A stretch of DNA of 64,000 bases from Saccostrea cucullata (taxonomy: Eukaryota): contig NW_026924588.1 in NCBI RefSeq assembly GCF_032062105.1, positions 1 to 64,000 on the forward strand, read 5' to 3'. Below are positions 58,001 through 64,000 of the stretch, one piece after another (within the stretch, counting starts at the first letter, position 1; the number at the start of each line of letters is the position of its first letter). The notes under the pieces were generated by a model. It did not search any database, had not been told where the DNA came from, and saw only the letters and a program-made list of their open reading frames with translations. A program made the position numbers and the translations under genes.

Positions 58001-61000
58001 TCGAAAGAGTATTTCAGTGAAAGCCATCGAGGATGGTCCAAGGGTGAGCTATACATGTACACTTACGGAAAAATGCCTGGATGAAGAGCAAGAGCCACGT
58101 TGGGCCTTATTTGGCCCTGAGAATTTCCGAAAAATCAAAACTGCTCAGTTTAGGTTGCAAATGCAGTATTTATTACTTTGAGTTTTGGTGACCACGTATC
58201 TAATAATCCTGACGTAATTTCCCATCTAGCCAATGCATTATGACATCATGAAATGCGTCATTTTCCTCATATCCTGTGAATTCTTTTGAAAATGACCTAA
58301 AGTCGAAGCATTTTTTCAATAATTCATGTAGAGCACAACCTCTGATCTAAAATATGCAAATGCATAATAAAAGCTCTGTTTCTGAAGATTAAATAACGTT
58401 TTATTTTTTGGATCGTGGGCTGTGCTCATATTTTAATTATTTGCTGAAGGTAGTCAAATATGCGTGTTTTCTGCAAATTTCAAGAACATTGCAATTTCTC
58501 AAACCTTTTTTCCAATATCTGGATTCTCAAAACGAAATTTTATTTTAGAAAATGAAAGCACCAAGTGTCTACTTTATTTTGACATATTAAATGCGAAAGA
58601 AGGTGATATTTAATTAATTGATATAAGTACAGGGCCATTTTATGCATAAGATGGCTCTTGCTCTTTAATAGGTGTTTCAGTCAAAAGCTTTTGTTAATTG
58701 TCTTTAAAATAATTTTAATTTCAAAATGGTGGATCATTTTACAGTTTAAGAGCAAATACTGTTAACTTTTTAATTCCTGATGCAGTATAGTATTCATATT
58801 TATATACAGTGGATGTCAGATATCCGGGTACTTCATATATACTTTTCTCAGAACAGAATTTTTTTTTGTTATTCATTATTGTTTAACTGGTAATTCAGAT
58901 ATCCGGATGCTTCACATATGCGGACAAATTTACAAGGACCAAAGCATCCGGATAAATGAGGCTCTACTGTATTTGGCTTTGTATTCTATTTACCAACTTT
59001 TGTGAAACCAGCTTGCAGTAAATCAAATGCATTTCTAAATGTCTTCCATATACATGTATACTCACAGTCAATAGAAACGCAACACCCTAATTTTAGGGGT
59101 GAAAATTATATACGGGACATAACTATGTACCAAAAAAAGTTAGGACATCTTTTACTTTGCCAAATCGGTTATTTAAAAATCAATTGATTTTTAGCCCCCA
59201 GCAGAAATAAAAAATTAGCATTTTTAATAAAATTATTGTCAATATTTTGGGTTTTCAAGGTTTTGTACCTGTTAACATCTACTGAAATCCGGAAAAAAAA
59301 CATTTTGTGATGCCTATATTTCTTCAAAGTAACTGAAAGCACAGAGAATTTTCATTGCTTATGTTGGAAATTTTCAAAATTTTGAAAAAAATACATCTAT
59401 GTGTTTCAAAAGCAATATAAGTCCAAAGGTTACTACACTACACCAAAGTTCATTTAAAAAATGACAAGAATATTTATTTCGCTCAGATTAAGACATTGAT
59501 AAAATCTGCTTATGTTGTACATGGCGGACTAGCACGTTTTTATTGAATCGTCGGAAGGGGGGATGTTTTAAAAGTTATGTGTTACTTTCTAAGGTCTAAA
59601 GATAACATTTAAAGTTTAAATGATGTATCATTGTTTTGTAAATTTACTTTTACATTTATGTATTCATTCTTAATCTTATCTTTAAACCTTATAAAGTAAC
59701 ACATGACTCTAAAACAGAATTCAATTAAAACGTGGTCCGCCATGTACAACATAAGCAGCCCTTCTACCATGCATTAAGTTTATCAATGTCTTAATCTGAG
59801 CGAAATAAATATTCTTGTCCTTTTTTAAATGCCTGTTTTTAAGATATTAAGGTCGAATTTTCTCTAACTTGGTGTAGTGTAGTAACCTTTGGACTTCTGG
59901 TCAAGGATATGTCATTCATGCTTTTGAAACACATGAGCCCGAAAAGTCGTTATGTAGTGTGTATCTTCATTTTTAGCTCTCCCATTTCTTTATTTTGAAA
60001 ATCTCCAACATAAGCAATGAAAATGCGTGCTTTCAGTTACTTTGAAGAAATACAGGCATCACATCCGGAAGAGAAAGAAGGAGACTTTTTACAAGACTTA
60101 TGATTAAAAAAAACCTTGAAAACCCAAAATATTGACAATAATTTTATTAAAAATGCTAATTTTTTTACAGGGGGCTATAAATCAACTTCCGGTAATGGAA
60201 TGAAAATCATTCAACCGTTAAATAACTGATTTGGCAAAGTAAAAGATGTCCTAAATTTTTTCGTACATGGTTATATCCGGATTATCCCGTATAAAATTTT
60301 CACCCCTAAAATTAAGGTGTTGCGTTTCTATTGACGGTGAGTATATATCTATATCTCAACCAGATTTAGAAATATGATAAATCAGACCTACAATTTATTT
60401 GTAAAAAAAAAACAATATCCACCAAAAATACTGTTAATGCTTTTTATTCAAAACATCTTCACTATTTAATTTTCTTCTAATTTCAGAGACTACGAAATGA
60501 CCTCAGTTTTGCTCAAAAAATAGAGGTCCTAAAGCTCCTAAAACAAGGCCTGAAGCAGACAGAAGTGGCCAGGCGCCTTGGTTCTTCCCAGTCCGTGATC
60601 TCCTTAATCGCTTCCAAAGAAAAGGAGATTTACTCCCATGGGAATAACTTAAATCCCAGTAGGAAACGTATACGACCCGGAAAAGCTGCAGACGTGGAGG
60701 TCGCCCTGACGTGCTGGTTTAAAAATGTTTACGTTCCTGGTAAATACATTCCCAATACTATAATAATGGAACAGGCAGAACTACAGGCTAGGAAGCTAGG
60801 GAACATGTCATTTACTCCTTCCTCGGGTTGGCTCAATAGGTGGAAACTGCGGCACAATATACCCTCAACAGCATCGGTCAAGGTGAGTTAGAACTACAGG
60901 CACGTAGCAACAGGGGGCCCCCATATACATGTAAGTGGAAATTTTAGCGAGACACAAATTTAGCAATTTGTCTTTAAAAATGGAATTTTAGTTTGAGTGA

Positions 61001-61598
61001 GAAGTAATTTTAGCGATATTAAAAAACTCATTAAAGAGGCCATGACAAAACACAATTCATTTTTTAGCGATACTTAATTTCAGCAATTTCAGCACCCTGG
61101 CTAATAATGCCAAAATTAAATCCACACAAAAAATTCTACTTATACGGTATTCAAGTTTGGGCAATTTCCCCAGCTTTTCCAGGAAAGGTAAAATAAAAAA
61201 TTATCTGGCTACTCTCCCTTCAAAAAGGATGCTTCGTTACTGAACTAGACTTCATTTTCTGTCATCAGATATCGGGGAAGGAAGATTGAAGAAAAAAAAG
61301 TATGAATTAATGTATGATCATAAAACTCTGCTGATTATAAACTATTTTTTGAATTTTTTTTTTCCAGAAAAAACGCGATCAAACTCGGAACAAAGCGACC
61401 AATGAGGAAGAAGTTTCTCAACAGGAAGTTGAAGAAGAGGAAGTAGTTCCTGAGGATGCTGAAAGTGAGGCTGTATCTGAAGATGAGGACTCGAGATGTC
61501 AGAATGATGACTCGATATCTCAGCGAGATGGGGCCTTTTCTCACAGTGAAGACTCAAACCCTCAGTACACTGAAAAGAAAGGGGACAAGCAGAGTGAG
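52003..61598 (+). CDS. Inverted paralog of the multi-HTH gene (first 9 exons; probably continues beyond the window)
   Basis: Exons 52003-52184, 53651-53725, 54286-54344, 55686-55745, 56315-56403, 56662-56727, 57729-58043, 60487-60882, 61368-61598 each match the minus-strand exons in sequence and phase, with no stops. Confidence 0.82.
52496..52868. mobile_element. MITE with TTAA ends
   Basis: TTAAAGCCATATATGGCGTAA / TTACGCCATATATGGCTTTAA perfect inverted ends. Confidence 0.8.
52957..53310 (+). mobile_element. Miniature non-autonomous LTR retrotransposon with tRNA-like LTRs (Ajax/Cassandra-like TRIM)
   Basis: LTR1 ~52957-53078; LTR2 53187-53310 (TGTAA...TTACA). PBS TGGTGCCATTGAC at 53083; PPT AAGGAGGGAGGAA at 53174-53186. 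CATG on both flanks. Each LTR has A and B boxes and a cloverleaf. Confidence 0.85.
55727..55837 (+). repeat. 44-bp tandem repeat spanning an exon end and splice donor
   Basis: ATACCATTAAAGATGGAGG|GTAA at 55727, 55771 and 55815. Confidence 0.9.
58086..58664. mobile_element. TIR element, unclassified
   Basis: AAGAGCAAGAGCCA ... TGGCTCTTGCTCTT inverted ends; absent from the paralogous intron. Confidence 0.55.
59061..60341. mobile_element. Tc1/mariner-type MITE with ~470-600-bp inverted arms
   Basis: TA-CTCACAGTCAATAGAAACGCAACACC ... GGTGTTGCGTTTCTATTGACGGTGAG-TA; arms pair inward to ~59530/59735. Confidence 0.88.
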
Positions 61599-61619
61599 GT
61601 AATTAAGGCTTACGTCTTA

Positions 61620-61852
61620 TACCGTATAGCGGGTTTTCTTGGCGGGTGTAAAATTTGGCGTTTTGCCTCCTCAAAAGTATGCCAATAAGTTTGGCGTAAT
61701 TTATTTTAGCGGACACAAGGTTATTAGCCCATTGCAGATAAACACTAAAAAGAATACTGAATATTTTAGCGATTGAAATTTTAGCGGGCTACCATCAAAA
61801 CGCCAAAATAAGCCAAAATTAACACCCCGCTAAAATAACCCGCTATACGGTA
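61620..61852. mobile_element. MITE (TACCGTATAGCGGG ends)
   Basis: TACCGTATAGCGGGTT / AACCCGCTATACGGTA perfect TIR. Confidence 0.8.
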
Positions 61853-62362
61853 TTACTGTAAATTAAATAATGAGGAATTTTGGTGATTTCTGATTGGTCT
61901 AGACGCTCTTTCCTGAGATGTACCTCAGAGTGAGTTCACCTCAAATGAAGAATTTGGAGGTTTATTTGGCACTATTCCAACTAATTTCCATAGGGTCAAA
62001 TAGTTAAATTTGACAATATTTGAGATGGCCCCCTAAGAAATCAGGGTGGTAAACATTCAATTTTTTTTATCTTAAAAAAGTACATATAACAGTAAAAATT
62101 AATTAACGAAAAGATATCAAAATCCGTAGGGCGGAAATAATTAGACTTGACCTTGTTTTGGAATACAACCCAAATTTCATAATGTTTTTGCAAGAGGAGG
62201 GGACACAAATAAAGTGTTTTTGAAAGTACTGTTTAAATAAACTTTTGAAATGGTTTGGTTCAGGAAATATTCTCTTCATTTATTTTGTATTTCTTAAGGC
62301 CGGTATACACGGTAAGATTTGTATTATAAGATTTGTATTATAATACAAAATCTTACTGTGTA

Positions 62363-63430
62363 CGAGGGTTGTCCCGTAAAATCGTGGACAAAGCATTTTT
62401 CTCGAAAAGTAATGGGCGCACTAAGCTGAAAATTTCAGTAAATGTTTATTTATCATATTTAAGTGCATGATAAATTTTTTGATAAAATATAGGCAAAAAT
62501 AAAGATTTTATTATGCTTGAATGTGCACGGGGTATTGTCCTACGGCGCACGGAGAAAAATACAAGGTTTTATCAAAGAATACACAAGTTTGAATTCGAAA
62601 TAAAAGTTTTAAATACATAAGATTTGGATTAAAATTATCCTCATTCAATTCCACAATCAATTTAGTAGTCTTTGTAAAAATTTTAAGGCATTTGATTAAT
62701 TTTTGGCAGTTTCTCGAGCATTTGAAATTGGAAAGTGGTAAACACAACACACGAAAAATGGTGACGTTTTATGACGTTACGGCGCACCGGAGAGCAGTTC
62801 CGTTTTAATTCGATGTTGTAATGACACCTTCAGAGACTTGAAATGACCATAGAAGAAAAAAGATTATAAAAATATCACCATATCTTAAGTAAAAAAAATG
62901 AAATAGGAGTTTTTCTTAGCGAAGTCTTTTTTGATCGAGTCCCTGGGGAGTACAAAACACGGACAAACTCCTAAATATAAATGTAACAGCAAAAGACGCT
63001 GTCTCAGTAGACCGCCGATATGAGATTTTCTATTAGTTTATTGATGGTGAGAATATTGTCCGTAACTTACTGATAAATCTTCAGAAGATCGCAAGAGGGT
63101 GCTAATTGGTTCTTCGACTGTTTATGGAGACTAAAGAATGTGTATCGATGAAATTCCTAAATTTAAGTCGGACTCATCCAACTTCATTTTCAGCAAAGAT
63201 AAAACGTGACACTGTTTAAGATACTTTGACGTTATAATCCATGCGCCGTAAGGTGATACAATACATGGCATAAAATCACATAATTTGTTTATTTATGCAT
63301 ATTTTTATCTGAAATTTGCTGTGTATATTACTAAAATATGTACTCTAAATAATAGTGAAAATTTCAGAACGCAGTGATGTTTATTTTTTACACTAGACAA
63401 CTTGTCCACGATTTAACGGGACAACCCTCG
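62363..63430. mobile_element. Mariner-type non-autonomous element
   Basis: TA-CGAGGGTTGTCCCGTAAAATCGTGGACAA / TTGTCCACGATTTAACGGGACAACCCTCG-TA. Confidence 0.85.
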
Positions 63431-63872
63431 TATACACTCTTAATACAGTGTATCATAAGATTTTTCAAATCTTATAAAACTGTATTGAGAATAGAGCAAT
63501 GCTCTATTTCCTAATACAAGTCCTAACTTACCTATCACTTTCAACCAATGAAATGACACTAGGGGTGATCCTATTTTATCATTACTAAAAAAACACATGG
63601 TAAATAACAACTTTTCAAGTAAAGACGTCGAAAAACTTGTGGCTTAATGGGAAATAATTTAATTCTGGTTGTAACGCTGTATTTGATTGGATAAAAAATT
63701 ATTTTATATTGTATAAAATGGGTTGCCTACGTCACAATGACTTTCGTCAAAAACGTATCAATCCGCCTGACGTTACGCTCAAATTTTGTACAATTTAAAG
63801 TCATTTTTTTAGAACAATAATCTTTTTTTCTTACATCAAAAGAATGAAAATTAAATTATAAGCAATGAATTT

Positions 63873-64000
63873 AATAGCTACCCATTTTATAAGGTATAAA
63901 CTGGGTTGGAACAGTTTACGCTTTTTTATAAACCGCTTTGCGGTTTATAAAGCGTAAACTGCCCCAACCCAGTTTACACCGTATAAAATGGATAGCTATT
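63873..64000. repeat. Long palindromic hairpin
   Basis: AATAGCTACCCATTTTATA..TTTATAAACCGC-ttt-GCGGTTTATAAA..TATAAAATGGATAGCTATT. Confidence 0.8.

Overview
AT-rich, intron-containing eukaryotic DNA. The repeat landscape (Helentron-associated HINEs, Deu/Nin-core SINEs, many MITEs) points to a marine invertebrate, probably a bivalve such as an oyster; this is inference. There are four main components. (1) A convergent paralog pair (3070-10688 +, 26267-20196 -) of four-exon genes encoding N-terminal DZIP3-like HEPN (intact RxxxxH), a STAND-type P-loop NTPase, a CxxC-x8-H-x3-C motif and ankyrin repeats: candidate NLR-like receptors with a nuclease effector. (2) A head-to-head paralog pair (51715-31058 -, 52003->61598 +) sharing a 287-bp intergenic region. 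The pair encodes a ~1350-aa mosaic of transposase-type DNA-binding domains with no DDE domain. (3) An apparently intact 4.9-kb DIRS1-type tyrosine-recombinase retrotransposon (45284-50167) with ITRs, ICR and an A-AAA-AAC -1 slippery site, lying in intron 1 of the minus-strand gene. (4) A 354-bp non-autonomous LTR element whose LTRs each contain a tRNA-like sequence (52957-53310). SINEs, MITEs, HINEs, hairpin elements and a fold-back 34-bp minisatellite fill the rest. All splice models, alignments and family calls were made by eye; no searches were run.
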